From Paraphysomonas bandaiensis (taxonomy: Eukaryota; Protista; Chrysophyceae), in the NCBI GenBank assembly GCA_965644295.1, contig CBFFRP010000457.1:161704-225703 (forward strand): DNA of 64,000 nt, given 5' to 3'. The notes under the pieces are model-generated. The model was not told where the DNA came from and made no database searches. It saw nothing but the letters and a program-made list of their open reading frames with translations. Below are positions 39,139-53,468 of the stretch, one piece after another. Positions within the stretch are counted from its first letter, which is position 1. Every line of letters starts with the position of its first letter. The translations under genes were made by a program, and so were the position numbers.

Positions 39139-39398
39139 TGCCTCATTCCGAGAGTGTACCCTAGTGAAGTGTAAGTAACGTATAGATTATTAATAAAAAT
39201 CTCAGCGTATTCTTTGTGTGTCGGCACCAAGAAAACTCTAGCTAGATCTACACTATACTTGCATAGCCTATATGAGATTACGAGAAACCCCGCGCATTCT
39301 AGGGGAGGGCGGGTGGGTAGTAGAATCAGTGCTATATCTCGGTGTTTTAGGTGATGTTCAGCCAGCCTTCAACATGTCCACGCCCCCGGAATGGGGCA
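39139..39398. mobile_element. MITE family H, internally deleted
   Basis: Both TIRs retained; deletion between G-rich blocks. Confidence 0.8.
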
Positions 39399-39869
39399 CT
39401 AAAAATCTCTTAAGACCTCTAATTTGGCCCACCAATGGCCTTAATTTTCCACCATATCAGCAACATTGTATAACTTCCGAGCAATGTTATACCGTGAAAC
39501 TATCAAAAACAGAAAGAAAATGCACATATGGAAAATGACCAGAACTCACTAACTTTCTGTTTACCAGGCTATGTCATATTGTGGCTTTGGTAGAACAAGA
39601 GGTGAATTCGAGATTATGTTAACGTATTCACTATATTTTTAAAAGGACTGTCATATTCTGCTCATAATGCTTTGATACTACAAGAGATTAATGTACACAA
39701 CAATTACGACCTTAGAATAGGTACTAGTGCGAGTAAAACAATATAATACATTAATATCAAAATAGTTGAACTTTGTACAGCCCATGATATATCATAATAA
39801 ACAATACGATACGATCTGATAACGCGTTACAATTCATCATGAGATAATCAAAGCAATACACATCTTAGA

Positions 39870-40391
39870 TTATGCATAATCGTCAAGAGCTGGGTCGTAT
39901 ACATTGTAGTTAGCAGCTCTTTCCTTGAATTTGGCACCATAGACCGGTAGAATCACGAGAGTATTTAGAAACAGAAAAGAAAGTGTATAAATAAGATACC
40001 CAACAGCCATAAATGGAAGAGAAAATATAAAGAACAGCAATGCGCAAACCATCCCCATTGCCGTCTGCTTGTTGCTGTCTGTCCCAAGATTCCATAAACC
40101 CTTCCCGACAAACATAACGCCCACATGAACACAGTGACACACATAGTGACCCACCACAAGAAACACGAAGACGGTAACAAACACTGTAGCTAAGATTGCA
40201 TAGCCCAGAGAGTTCCATACTGTGCATAGTGCACCCGGCAGAGAGCCCTGCCGCTCATCAACGACACACGCCTGCTGCTCCTCGTCAGATAACACCTCAA
40301 TCCTCTCCGCAACAACAGCATCCCCCACAGGATCAGCCCTTGGAACAACTGTATGCTCACTTTGACTATCCTTAGCGACACCTTCACTCAT
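39870..40391 (-). CDS. Small multi-pass membrane protein
   Basis: MSEGVAKD start at 40391; hydrophobic segments. Confidence 0.6.
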   Translation of the reverse strand: MSEGVAKDSQSEHTVVPRADPVGDAVVAERIEVLSDEEQQACVVDERQGSLPGALCTVWNSLGYAILATVFVTVFVFLVVGHYVCHCVHVGVMFVGKGLWNLGTDSNKQTAMGMVCALLFFIFSLPFMAVGYLIYTLSFLFLNTLVILPVYGAKFKERAANYNVYDPALDDYA

Positions 40392-40422
40392 CCTCACCAC
40401 TGAAGAACTTTGCTCATACTTC

Positions 40423-40567
40423 CATACACACATACATACATACATACATACATACATACATACATACATACTTCCATACACACATACATACATACATACA
40501 TACATACATACATACATACATACATACATACATACATACATACATACATACATACATACATACACAC

Positions 40568-40598
<31 letters not shown>

Positions 40599-41036
40599 CA
40601 TACATACATACATACATACATACATACATACATACATACATACATACATACATACATACATACATACATACATACATACTTCCATACACACATACATACA
40701 TACATACATACATACATACATACATACATACATACATACATACATACATACATACATACATACATACATACATACATACATACATACATACATACATACA
40801 TACATACATACATACATACATACATACATACATACATACATACATACATACATACATACATACATACATACATACATACATACATACATACATACATACA
40901 TACATACATACATACATACATACATACATACATACATACATACATACATACATACATACATACATACATACATACATACATACATACATACTGTACATAC
41001 ATACATACATACATACATACCTACATACATGTATGT
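40423..41036 (-). repeat. (TATG)n microsatellite, ~600 bp
   Basis: (CATA)n on + with recurring variant units. Confidence 0.98.
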
Positions 41037-41848
41037 ACGGAAAATGGCGTTTTCTGATATTTTTTCTGGTTTTATAGTTGTATAGTGTTGCTTTTCTCTA
41101 ATATCCGGATATTTCGTACTGATACAAGCCTATAAAAGTAGAGATTTACAGGCATATCTTACTGTATAGCTATAGCTGGGCACCTTCAGAGGTGCTTGAG
41201 AGGCCCTCGAGTCAAGTGAGTCTCCTGGCCCACACTCATCTGACAATGATACTGACATACGAGTCATACCGTGTGTGTTGTATACTCGTAAACATCATCA
41301 GCACAGCTGCACTCATTGTCTCATAGGCACACAGCTGCACTGCTGCGCCTCGTATGATCGTTGACATCTAGAAGAGTATCGCAGGCGACTCAATGCATGG
41401 AAGTCCATCGCTGGTTGCTATCAGAGTGCTACCTACAGAGATGTCAGTGTGGAGCTATAGGCGAAGAGACAAGACACAGTCGTGTATACCGCAGCAGTGT
41501 TAGTTCTATCCAGTCGGCCTTAGCTTTCACTCAACGATTGAAGTGATTGATGCTGAGTTTGGCTGTTTGCGAGCACTGAAAGCATTTGAATGATGACCGT
41601 TAATGGGGGAATACAGAAGTGTTTAACAGTATTATGCGAACTAACGTCATGATAGTAATCAAGTAGTAGTGTGGCTGAGATATACTGACCGTATAAGGTC
41701 GTGATGTATCTCAGATTATGTCAAAAAGATTCGTAGTTGCAGTAGCATAGATTTGGCGATTGACAATAAATAAATGGTAAGTGATATTGATCATGATTTT
41801 ACTAGTTTATAATTCAAGCATTGAGTGTGTATATTACGCTTTTATAGT

Positions 41849-42868
41849 TGCATTCATGCACCAACAAGTGCGCAACTATACAACACGATTTAGTTAGCTA
41901 CAGGGCCATAGAAACGAGTTGCGTGTTTAGTCGGATCATACGCTCCTGCCCAATCTACTAGTCCTGACATAAACAACTTGCGGTCCGTGCTCTTCGGCAG
42001 ATCTTTAGGGCCCTTCAAGACGATGTTCACAGAAGCAGGTAGTCTGAAAGGGAGAGTAGCGTAGCTCTAGCGCTGGGTCCTCCCAACGTCACGAGGCGGC
42101 CTCACAGGTGCATTTTTTCTCACACTGACGCTTGAAACAGACGTCTACCAAAATCCAAACTGGTTCCTAAACGTCTTCCCTCCATTATTGCGTGCATTCG
42201 TCCAGCACATGCACCCACCTTGCACTCTTCTGCCGAGCGACTTCGCTAGTAGGAAGCCCTAGCTTTCTCCTCTCGGATGAAAGCCTATTAAGACGAAGTA
42301 TCATCACAACACCACCAATGTACCTATCACTGCTTGGAGAACAGTGCCAGAGCCTTTTTATAATTTCAATGACCTGGGTCAGGAGAAACCAACTAAGCAG
42401 TAGACTTGTAGTAGACATAATAGTAGGTCTAATCACATTGCCGAGGAAAGTTTGACGCATTACCTCTGTTATTGACCACAGAGATGCCAAGTACTTTAAA
42501 CATATATTCGGCATCAATCACACTTAAAGCAAACGTAGTGAGCAAGCAGAATGTTGGTATACCTGTAATCTGTTGACTCAAGATTTTCGAGTCCTCAGGG
42601 TGATCTCATCCCGGATACTTGTCTTCAGTAGGCAGACCAACCCCCGGATGACTTTGAGGTGGGCCTATTCCCGGATGCCTGTTTATTCGTCAGGGCTCTA
42701 CACAAGTGACATTTATTTGTGCCCCTTGCACCACACAAGAATTTGGCCATAAGTGGGGGGAAATTATCTGCTGAGTGTGTATATGCGGCTCACGTTGGGT
42801 ATTCATCTCTGAAATGTCTCGGGTATTTATCCCCAAGAACACCACGAAAAGGTGTGAGTCCGACGTCG
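41849..42868 (-). mobile_element. Long family R retroposon copy lacking the tail motif
   Basis: Colinear with 12010-13105; 8-bp flanking repeat TTTATAGT. Confidence 0.75.
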
Positions 42869-43296
42869 TTTATAGTGATAACAGAATGAGCAAAAGTCAA
42901 TATTATACAAGAGCTATTAATGAACTACGTTGAACTACAGCATTTTGTTAAGCTAAACTTAACACAAGGATGTGAATAGAAAAATCAGAATAGTTCTGCG
43001 AATATTACTAATAATAGAGCTTGGGTATTCGACATCTATTCATAAGAAATACTGTTTTCGCAGTCAGACAGTTTTGCTAGGTCTGAGCTCTAAAGTGAGG
43101 AAACCGTTATACTCTGACGATAATTTTTGCTTCAGGATCATGGCATATAAAAGTACACGCAGTACAACATATACATGAATTAGTCGTCTAAAAACAGAGA
43201 AAATCCTATATATCATTTGTGATGTCACTTTTGTCATATTCGGATAATGAAACTTAAGTAACTGAACTTGAACTCACACACAGTAAAAAAAACAGA

Positions 43297-44240
43297 GATA
43301 TAGGGAACAATATAATAGCAATACCATTGTTAGGTAGCGTTCCGTCAATATTATTTTAAACCGATCCAACAATATTGCTATGTATGTATCATTACTCCCA
43401 CCTTTTCGTAGTGTTCTGGGGGATAAGTACAGGAGATATTTCTCCAGGAAAAACTAACGTGAGCCGCATGTGTAGTCAGCAGATATTGTTCTGCCCACTC
43501 ATAGCCAAATGCTTGTGTGGTACAAGGAACACTAATAAATGTCACTTTTGTAAACGTCTTTGGGCCTTATTGACGAATACACAGGCATCCGGGAATGGGC
43601 CCACCTCAAGGATTTTGTGTGATAGAGCGAAAGTGGTTGCATCTTGGTGCTTGGTGCTTGCGGTGCCGTACAAGCAGCTTTCGTAGAGCTAAATAGCAGA
43701 ATATCAGAGTTAAGCATTGACTCTTAAACGCCTACTGCTAATAATAAGGCATTCACTACTGTATCATTAATCAGTAGGTAAACCCCTCCGTTGATTCCAT
43801 TTTTAGTATACTAGTCAGTAAGATCACACATACATGATAACCAAACCCACAACTCCTTAGCTAATAACTATTTTCTTCCTACTCATTCTCTGAGTCATCG
43901 TCGGTGCCGTCAACATTACCATATATATTCATTCACAAACTTAATTGAAATATGCTTGCATCCGGCCACAACTGTCGATTAGATTTCAGAAACAACAGCA
44001 TATATATTAAGTGTAGTAGGAAGTAGGATGCATAAGTTTACGTAGCGCTGATATAATATATTAGCTGCGGTGAACAGGCGTTCACATGTATTTGAAGTAC
44101 ATACTACATGACTCGTGCACCACGCATACATCTCGTTGTGTGTATGCACCTGTACTTAAATATTTCAAGTTTTCGTTTCTTAATTTTTTGAGCTACCGAA
44201 GAAATTTTTCCGCGTAGCCAACATCAGCCATAAATTGCAA
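43297..44240 (-). mobile_element. Degenerate copy of the 21427 hAT element, interrupted by family R
   Basis: tagggaacaatat end; 43830-44230 matches 21640-21990. Confidence 0.75.
43395..43759 (+). mobile_element. Short (365 bp) family R retroposon
   Basis: 10-bp TSD TGTATCATTA (43385-43394, 43760-43769). Confidence 0.8.
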
Positions 44241-44617
44241 TATATTATAATAAACTTCTGTTATCAACTAGTAAAATTATATTCAACATGTCTTATCATT
44301 CATTGATATCACATGTTCATGTAATACTGTTAACTGCTAACCACTACTGTATTCTTCAAGCAACGATCATAATTTAAATACCTTCTTAGAAATACAGTTT
44401 CCAATTGCTCACAAACAGCAAAACGCAACATGTGAAACATTACTCTTTACTAGAGATAAGGATCAATATGCTACGCCAGTTCAAATCTACTTCCAAAAAG
44501 CGACGGCGATAATTAACTTCACTTGAATATGTGCACTCTTAACTAATAATCTAAGTAATTCACGAAACAAATATTGTAAATGATAAATACGCCACGCTGG
44601 CGAAAAACCAATACCAG

Positions 44618-47600
44618 CTACCACCAGCTTTGCTGATTGCGCTCCTTCAAAAGCTTAGCCATATTTGCAAATTCTTTTGATGCATCTGCTAATTTCGCAC
44701 TCTTATCACTGAGCTGTTCCAATTTTTCTCCACGTTCCTGTAGTTTCAGCTTAGCATCTGCCAAAGTTTCCATGGTCGCAGTCGAGGAAGATATAGTAGA
44801 TTCTGATTTCGACACCTCGGACGATTTACCACTTGTGCCTTTAAACAATGCATCTCTCGAAGCAGAAATTTTATCCTTATCTCGGGAGTCTGGTGATATA
44901 ATATCGCCGTGCTGAACAGGTGGTAGAGGCATATTTCCTTTGCCAGACATGAAGGCTTCCGCTCGAGCGATATCGATTCGATGTGAAACGACGTTGTAAC
45001 ATCCATCGCATACCCTTACCTGAAAACAGTTTATTTAGTACACTGATAACTACCGCAATGAAGCGTGGCGGGCAACACACTGTTACCTAGCAGCGCTAAT
45101 ACAATAAATTTCATCACATCACTGTTTACTCACCGCCTGCTTGCTAATGGTAACCCTCTTTTTTGAGCATTCATCGCAGCACAATGAGTCACACAATCGA
45201 CAATGGTGTTGTCTACGGAAAATGGTAAACGTCGCACGGCACAGGGTACAGGGAGGAGGTTTTCCAGCTTCAACACATTGTGCAGCGACTGTTGTGGCAT
45301 CACTGTGGTGGTCGAACTCCTTTAAGCTACACGTAAAACATTAAAACAACTGCGAGAGGAGAAATCAAAAATACCTCAATTTAATGTCATCTCCATTAAG
45401 AAGTCCTTTTTTGCTCCACATCGATATCCCTTCATTGATAACAAGCGTTGCATCCTCTGACCTAAGCTCAGATGGTGGACCTTCCTCCGTTCGTCCACCG
45501 TGAGACATGAGCAAAAGTAAACTTGACTGCAAGCCATCTTTCCACCGGGTTACATGTTCATTCATAATATCAATAGGACGGCGCCCCCGGATGTCTGGAA
45601 TGTTAGGAAAAGCTCCATGCTCCAGTAGAACACGGAGAGTAGATATGCTGTCAGCTGGGTTGGTCTGCTCGAGGTCCTCTTCTTGCCCACCACTTCTGAT
45701 CCACGCCTGGAGTTCATCGTCATTTTCATCATTTCCGGCCACCACCCCGTCACCTTCCCCGCCCCTGCTCTGAAGAATTTTTTGGCCCTCTCCAATTGCC
45801 CGCTTCAGTGGCATGCTGCTGCATGCAAAGTGTAAAGGTGTCCAACCGTCCTCGTCGCAATGGATGTTTACATCAGCCACTGATGCGCTGGAATTCGTCG
45901 TGTCTGACTTCGAGAGTAGGGTCTCGATCGCCTGATGCTGCCAGCTTGCACTAAGGTAGTGCAAAACGCTAAGTCCTTCTCTATCCTTGAAATTTGGGTC
46001 CGCGCCTGACTCAATCAAAAACTCGATCGACTTGCTGAGAGCCTGTATGTCGGTATGCCCTTTCACATCACGACCTTCTACGCACGCCAGATATAGTGGA
46101 GTACGGCCTTTATCATCCAAAACATCGACGTTAAACACGTGTGTACATAACATACCCAGTGCTTCGCTGTCTAATTGCAGAGCAGCCCAGTGAAGTGGTG
46201 TCAGACCGCGCCTATCAGGGATAGTTACATCGGCACTGCTTTCATGCAATACTCGGGTGATACTCGTCAGTCGGAGTATGTTGGCATAGTGCAGTGGAGT
46301 GTATCCCTCCTCATCCTGAGTCTCCATATCTTCGAACTCATTTTCACCAGCCAGACATGCCTCCAAAAGAGCGTTGACTTTTCGCACATCTCTCGAGAGT
46401 ACCGCAGCATGCATCGTTCCTATGAGGTACTGGTGTCTCCATCCTATCACTCTCCTGCGCTCTTCCTCATCCACACTCTCACACAAACACTCATACACTG
46501 CCCTCACCCACTCTTCCCTAGTCGTCACGTCTTCACAGATCACTACAAGTGATCCACCTGGATACAATACTTCAAACACCGACTTCGGATTAGTAGTTGT
46601 GCTGTCGATGAGATCCGACTCCACTCGAATATTTATCTTACAGGTGGCGAGGTCGACAAGTGTCTCCACTGCGAACTTATCTCCTTGACTGGCCGTCACC
46701 AGCAACACATCTGTCAAAAGAAATAAATATTTCTTGTTCTGCACATTCCAGAGAGCACGCTTTCCAGCTACTGCCACGGCCCCGTGCTTAACTATTCGTC
46801 TCCCGTCCTTTACTATGATGCTTGTAGAGAGAGCAGTGGCCCGGTCTGCAGCATTTTGTTTCCCTTTCATGATGCGTGTTGCCAAATTTTTTTGCTGCTT
46901 CGGGGGGATACTTTCAGGTCGAGATTCTTTTTCTTTAAAGACAAGGCGGGCCGCCAATTTGCGCAGAGAGATCATATCGGCCGACTCCTCCTCTAGGGAA
47001 AGGGTGGAGTCTGCCTCAGATGCAGCAACCGGAGATATGGGCGGCTCATTTACGGGAACTTCACCATTATCAGGAGATTCACTACCAGTTTCTTGTTTAG
47101 CTGGAATCGGTGTGTTGGCTAACGATTTAACTGATGACTGACTCACAGGAATAGGCTTAACCAGTGACGCAGTTCCAGTGTCCCCTTTATCTACTAATGT
47201 AGGGCTGTCGCTAACTCCAGACGTCGTGGGGGACGAAGTCTGACCAGGTGATACGGCACCAGCTATATTTCCACTCGTTGCTGAAGGTGGTGCAGGAGAA
47301 CTGGACGCTGAAGATGACCCCGATATCGATGGAGGACATGTGTATCGTCGAAAGATCATTTGCAGAGGCCGTTCTGCGTTTTTTATATATTTTACAGTCT
47401 CAGTCCACTGCTCCTTATCTACATGTGTGTCGCCAATGACTCTTTCCCCAACACCCCAGAGTTCATCACCACTATGTACCCCTCCTTCATCCGCTTGAGT
47501 ACCTACTTCCACTTCATGTACATATATAACCCCATCCGCACGGCGTCGAAGTGTCATACCAAGTGGGCCTTCGTCGAACTCTACCACCGACAGGTTCGGC

Positions 47601-48154
47601 CCCGAAGGAGGAGTTGGTAACGCAACACTACTTGGAGGAGATGAGTATGATCGATTAGATTTTGTAACTGCGACAGGCCCCGCATCATCACAGTGCCTCT
47701 CGTCTGAGTGTTGCCCAGTTATCACTTGCAATATTCGAAACATTACTGTCTCTCCGTGACGTGTATCGGACAGGACTAACTTCATACTCCCATCTGAATT
47801 CGTATGAAGTCTTAAGTATTTCATGTTATCACCATGACCAACCACCAACTCAAAGGCACTCATCTCATATGAGTATACGCGTAGCTCAAAGGGTTCCTCT
47901 ATAGAGAAAGGAGCCCATATGAGATCACCGCAACTGTTAGTTTGAAGAGAGACAGCCGTATCCTCATCATCTCTACCCACTAACAACACAGGCACCCCCT
48001 CAGACACCCCTTCACCACACAGCAACAGCACTAAGAACTGCTGCCCCTCTCCCTCCCCCTCCCGCTCAACCACACTCACGACACCGCCACACTCACATGG
48101 AAGGTACAGATGCCGGTCTACAATCTGCACCAGAACCCTTGATCTTGAATCCAT
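44618..48154 (-). CDS. PDZ + PH + ankyrin + FYVE-like + C-terminal R-SNARE motif protein
   Basis: GPLGMTL (PDZ); YLFLLTDVLL..REEWVRAV (PH); GYTPLH/GLTPLH/GWTPLH; FTIFRRQHHCRLC; LQERGEKLEQLSDKS. Confidence 0.8.
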
Positions 48155-48214
48155 GCTGCTGTATATATAAGAAATCAGATCACTGAGCACACCTGAATCC
48201 CCCTCATTAAACAA

Positions 48215-48447
48215 CACACACATACATACATACATACATACATACATACATACATACATACATACATACATACATACATACATACATACATACATACATA
48301 CATACATACATACATACATACATACATACATACATACATACACTACATACATACATACATACATACACTACATACATACATACATACATACATACATACA
48401 TACATACATACATACATACATACATACATACATACATACATACACAC

Positions 48448-48478
<31 letters not shown>

Positions 48479-48547
48479 CATACATACATACATACATACA
48501 TACATACATACATACATACATACATACATACATACATACATACACAC

Positions 48548-48578
<31 letters not shown>

Positions 48579-48679
48579 CATACATACATACATACATACA
48601 TACATACATACATACATACATACATACATACATACATACATACACACATACATACATACATACATACATACATACACAC

Positions 48680-48710
<31 letters not shown>

Positions 48711-48874
48711 CATACATACATACATACATACATACATACATACATACATACATACATACATACATACATACATACATACATACATACATACATACATACA
48801 TACATACATACATACATACATACATACATACATACATACATACATACATACATACATACATACATACATACATA
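48215..48874 (-). repeat. (TATG)n microsatellite, ~660 bp
   Basis: (CATA)n on +. Confidence 0.98.
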
Positions 48875-49095
48875 CCAGTATATTATCATATATTCCTCAA
48901 AAACTAGAAAAACCCGGATATCTTACCCTTTCCTGTCTCCTCCGGCATGAAAACCCCTCTTTTCTACAGCCTGTAGAGTGCACCACCTCAATCTTGGTGT
49001 GGTCTTGAGATGGCTGCTAGTGTGTGTATATATACATACATATTCTTCTCTATGTTCCAGTGAGGCGTAGCATCAACAGCAACCTCAGTGCTGAT

Positions 49096-50946
49096 ATGAA
49101 TAAGTTTGAGGGGTTGTGGTATGATTCAGAGGGGTTCCCAACTGACACATCTGAGGATCAGGTCAGTATAGACGTACAGAGGGGTGCTGTGTGTATGTGT
49201 ATGTATGTATGTATGTATGTATGTGTATGAGTGTCATTTGAAAGGATGGATGTAACGGTTGATTGATAGAGAGAATGTGAAATGTTTTGCTCTGAGTTTC
49301 TCGTGTCTCCAGAGGAGTGTTCGAAGGTCAGTCTCTCACTCTCATTGCTGTCTATTGGCTTATAGAAGTAACGTGGACACAGGCGGTGTTGCGTGATATG
49401 AGGGCGCAGGGTCTGCTGGATGACGACAACTGCATATCTCTCCTGCGGATAAAGTGATTTCATTTGATTGTTTTTATACTGAGAATAAAATGCATCTTAC
49501 AGACACACGCGCTACTTGAAGTCTAACATGTCAAGTTTGCCGCAAGGATTCGCAAGTTTGGATGCGAGGTACACACGATTATTTTATGATTAACGTCTCA
49601 TATTTATGTAGTCGCCCGTGGATAATGTACTGGATAACACACTCACTATATCTTCTTGATGCGGAGGATCCAACTATTAGTAGCGGTGTGATACGCACTT
49701 TGCGCAATATCCAAAATATCGACGGTGGGTTTGGTGGTGGACCACAGCAGCTGTCCCATGGGTAGGCTGCATTTTACGTATCTCTTTTTGCACCCTATCA
49801 CACGCTATTAACATGTAGAGCACCTAACTATGCCTCGGTTATGACACTCTGTGAGATATGCACTGAAGCGTCTCTTTCCCTGATTGACAGGTGGGCAATT
49901 CCTACGTAATATAATTGCTGGTGTTGATATGTCCCAGGGGAGCAATGTATAACTATTTAATCAGCATGAAACACCCCGGTGGAGGTTTTAGAATGCACCG
50001 GTACGTGTATAATGAAAGTATACATGTAGTCATTATACTCGCAGAGATGGCGAAGTAGATACCAGGAGCTGCTACACAGCCCTTGCTGTTGCCCGACTTC
50101 TCAATATCCTCACAGCAGGTATTCATTACTCACAATCCGCTTGAAGCAGGGTCGTGTTGTAATTTATTTTGGTATAGAGCTTGTTGCTGGGGTGGCGGAC
50201 TATCTTCTCTCCTGCCAGACATATGAGGGTGGGTTCGGAGGAGAACCTGGCAATGAAGCACACGGAGGGTATAATTTTTGTGCTCTGGCTGGCCTTATAA
50301 TTCTGGGCGAGGTGAGTAGTTATTTACTTCTGCTTGATATATTGATCGAGCATGCGCAGGGACACAGGTGCAATATACAAGCGCAGAGGAGGTGGTTACT
50401 GAGCATGCAAACCCGATTGGAAGGGGGGTTTCGAGGGCGGACAAACAAGCTAGTTGACGCCTGTTACTCATACTGGCAGGGCGCGGCATTCTCTCTCCTG
50501 GCGCTTCTGGAGGCTGGCCTGACAGACACTGGGGACTGTTACGGTCAGTCTGATGAGCATTGTTTGGATATGAATAGCCTCGCGCTGCAGAGGTATATTC
50601 TTCATTGCTGTCAGCATCTTGAGGGTGGGCTCAGGGATAAACCGGGGAAAAATCGAGATTTTTATCACAGGTATCAAGTTGGTTATGCCTGGTGTCCCTT
50701 TTTCTTACATGTTTCTGAAGCTGCTACGCCTTGTCCGGGCTCTCGATTGCGCAGCACGGGCTGTATGGCACAGCTGTGACGAATACGAGTGGTAGGCTGT
50801 ATGGGGCCACAGATAATTTGTTGAAAAGAACGTCGTGTGTGTTTAATATTGGTTGCGACAGACTTGTTAAGTCTATGTCTTATTTTTCCTCCATGCCCTC
50901 TTCTCATGACGAACTGTCTAGTATGTATAGTCAACATACCTCTTAG
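49096..50946 (+). CDS. FNTB: Protein farnesyltransferase beta subunit, many short introns
   Basis: LDASRPWIMYW, GGFGGGPQQLSH, CQTYEGGFGG..EAHGGY, GRTNKLVDACYSYW, GGLRDKPGKNRDFYH. Confidence 0.93.
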
Positions 50947-51442
50947 TAATTTCCCCATGTGATTTGATCCATTGCGTAGGCTTTAATTTAGCAACTTTAA
51001 TTTAGCCAATGAGTACGTCGTTTATTGAACTCATTTTAAGCATTCAATGTGTTTATATGTTGTTGACAATGAGGTCGACAAATTTTGACATTTGATAGCT
51101 AGTTATATGCATTGTTGCAAGATGTATAGCACTGTCCAACAGGGATGCAAAACAATTAGTGGTCAATTACATGATGCAGGTTGCAGTCTTGTAGCTGTTA
51201 TAATTGCAATTGTTATTAGCTTTCCTAATTAATTGAAAACTAAATACGAACTCAAATAGCTATACATTAGCTGCCAACATAGCTTGCAGCTGTTTCATTC
51301 CAGAGGCGTTAGAAAGTGACATAACTGAAGAAGATTATCACTCCATGCTCAGATCGTAAAGTTAGAAACCTATAGTAACTTATAATGAACTTATGATAAA
51401 TATCACTTGTCATTCACTATCAACCGCCAAATTCATGTTGTC

Positions 51443-51600
51443 TCTGTTTAGTTCTGCTATATGAGAGCAATTGAATGCTGTAGTTATAAGGCAATTCAAA
51501 TTATAGTACTATATAGTTGTTCTCTTATTATTCGTACTGTGCGAGTGAATCACGTGACAGAACTGACGGATACGCAACCACGAAAAACCATAAGAGCCCT
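51443..51600. mobile_element. Copia LTR and 3'-internal fragments
   Basis: Matches the LTR start and actgacggatacgcaaccac at 55471. Confidence 0.6.
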
Positions 51601-52700
51601 AAATGCCGAGGAGTCATACTACTCTTGCGCAAAGCAGTCATATTAATCGTAGCTCTATTGAATAATCTTTCAACTTTATTGGCTGTGATAGTGCTTCAGG
51701 CTACGGTATCGTGCTTGCTTCCGCTGCCTGTTATCATCAATCAAACACTGCGCTGTGTTGAGCAGTTTGTAATATATTATATAATCTTCCTCCATTGAGC
51801 AAGAAAGATTATTGATACTTTTTCATTTGGGTAAATGAGACATTGTTGCCACTTTGTATATTTACGACTGCCCTTCGAAAGCAGCGTCAGTATTATTAGC
51901 AGCTCAGATGACGCTCGACAACCAGGTGCCCTGTGATGAGTTCTTCAAACAATGTGCACACGTCGTGGAGATCGAGCTGATCTTTATTTTCATTTTGTAT
52001 TCAATTGGCGTAAGGGTTACCAGTAGTGAATTACACTTAACACGTCAGAACCAAACTCGCACGATCGCTAGTGGTCAGATAGATGCAAATAGTGTTTTGT
52101 CATTGCAGATGTGGAGCCCCACTTGGTGTCCTATTTGATTGCTGCGAATAAAAGGTCTTTCTTGGCATACCAGTCATGAATGCCCATTAGAAGTAAACAT
52201 CATAGCAGCCAGATTTAAGTTGTGAATTGCAGAGCCTATGAGTTGTACAGGTCTGCCAATCAAATTTGGAATTGAAATTGGTATTGTCTCTTTAATTGCG
52301 TTGAAATCATATCCAACCTTTCAGGTTGAAAAAGATCATTCATCATCATGAATGATTTAGAACTGATCCTCCATATGTCTGAATTTATGGTAGCAGACAT
52401 CGTCAACAAAGTTTTTTTCAGAAGACAGTCTCCCAGTTTCAACATATGTTAAAGGTCAAACTAGCTACATGCAGTTTGTTTGACTTATGATGGTGTGTAA
52501 GATCGAATATATATACTCCAATTTTTACCTTGCCAGTATCAAATAGATGGCAATAGAAATATTCCCATTAATTGAAAAATGTTTTCATCAGTTATTAGCT
52601 GTCCCAATTTCAATCTCTGTAATTGACAATAAATGATACGCTGTCCTGCTATCCAAAAAAGGAAACAACACCTTTCATATGGTACTGGAGTAATTATTAT
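51600..52700 (-). mobile_element. Highly degenerate hAT transposase
   Basis: TANKVERLFNRATINMTALRKSSMTPRHL at 51600-51690; upstream extent uncertain. Confidence 0.5.
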
Positions 52701-53324
52701 TAACTCTACAATATATACCACATTGAAGAACTCAACTCACGCACTGTAGAACCATTCACACCGTGTAGATAGTATATTTAAACTAATAGCAGTCGCGTAT
52801 TTTCTGTTTACTATTCAATATTAAAATACGTTATCACGCCCGGCAAAAATACACCAGAAGGACACTAACACTAAAGTGCAACAATAAATTTTACTTATAC
52901 GAACAAGTCACTCTATCTGGCAGATAACGATCCCGATAACAGTTTGGTCTGTGGCAGATAAGGAGGCGGCGCATCTCTTCCTCATAATTCGAAGAGACGG
53001 ACGATTGCAGACTATCTCGTTGATTATCTCCTCCGATATACGGTGCCTGCTGCACGTACTTCATCGGCGATTGTGCGATCCACAGACTCCATCTGCTCTA
53101 TTCTTATGAACCATAATAGACACGCTCTACTGGCACGCAACTCTCTCTAAGTGGCCATATATAGCAGTGCTCTCAACTCCGTATCTGTCCAGGGTAGGGC
53201 GGGTTCATTGCATGAGGATAAGATGGAGCAGGTAGTGAGATAGATTGACAGGCAGCTCGTAGTTCCATGCGGAGGAGGCTCGGAGGGTTAGTCCAACTAC
53301 TGTCAGGCTGGAGATCCTGGTCGT

Positions 53325-53468
53325 ATCGGCATCGTTTGTATATTTTTGTTCAAAGATGGCTCTAATATTGAGGCAATAATTATCTGTATTCTAGCCGTAG
53401 TTGTATTGCAGTAATATAGAGGAATTTTACTTCAATTTATTCCCGAAAAAGAAGATGCTGAATGCCGA
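53325..53468 (+). mobile_element. Family P repeat
   Basis: atcggca...tgccga. Confidence 0.8.

Noticed and set aside
52900-53270. Myb/SANT-like relic (WTDTELRALL) of a Harbinger element
   Set aside because: A single short motif among stops; insufficient.
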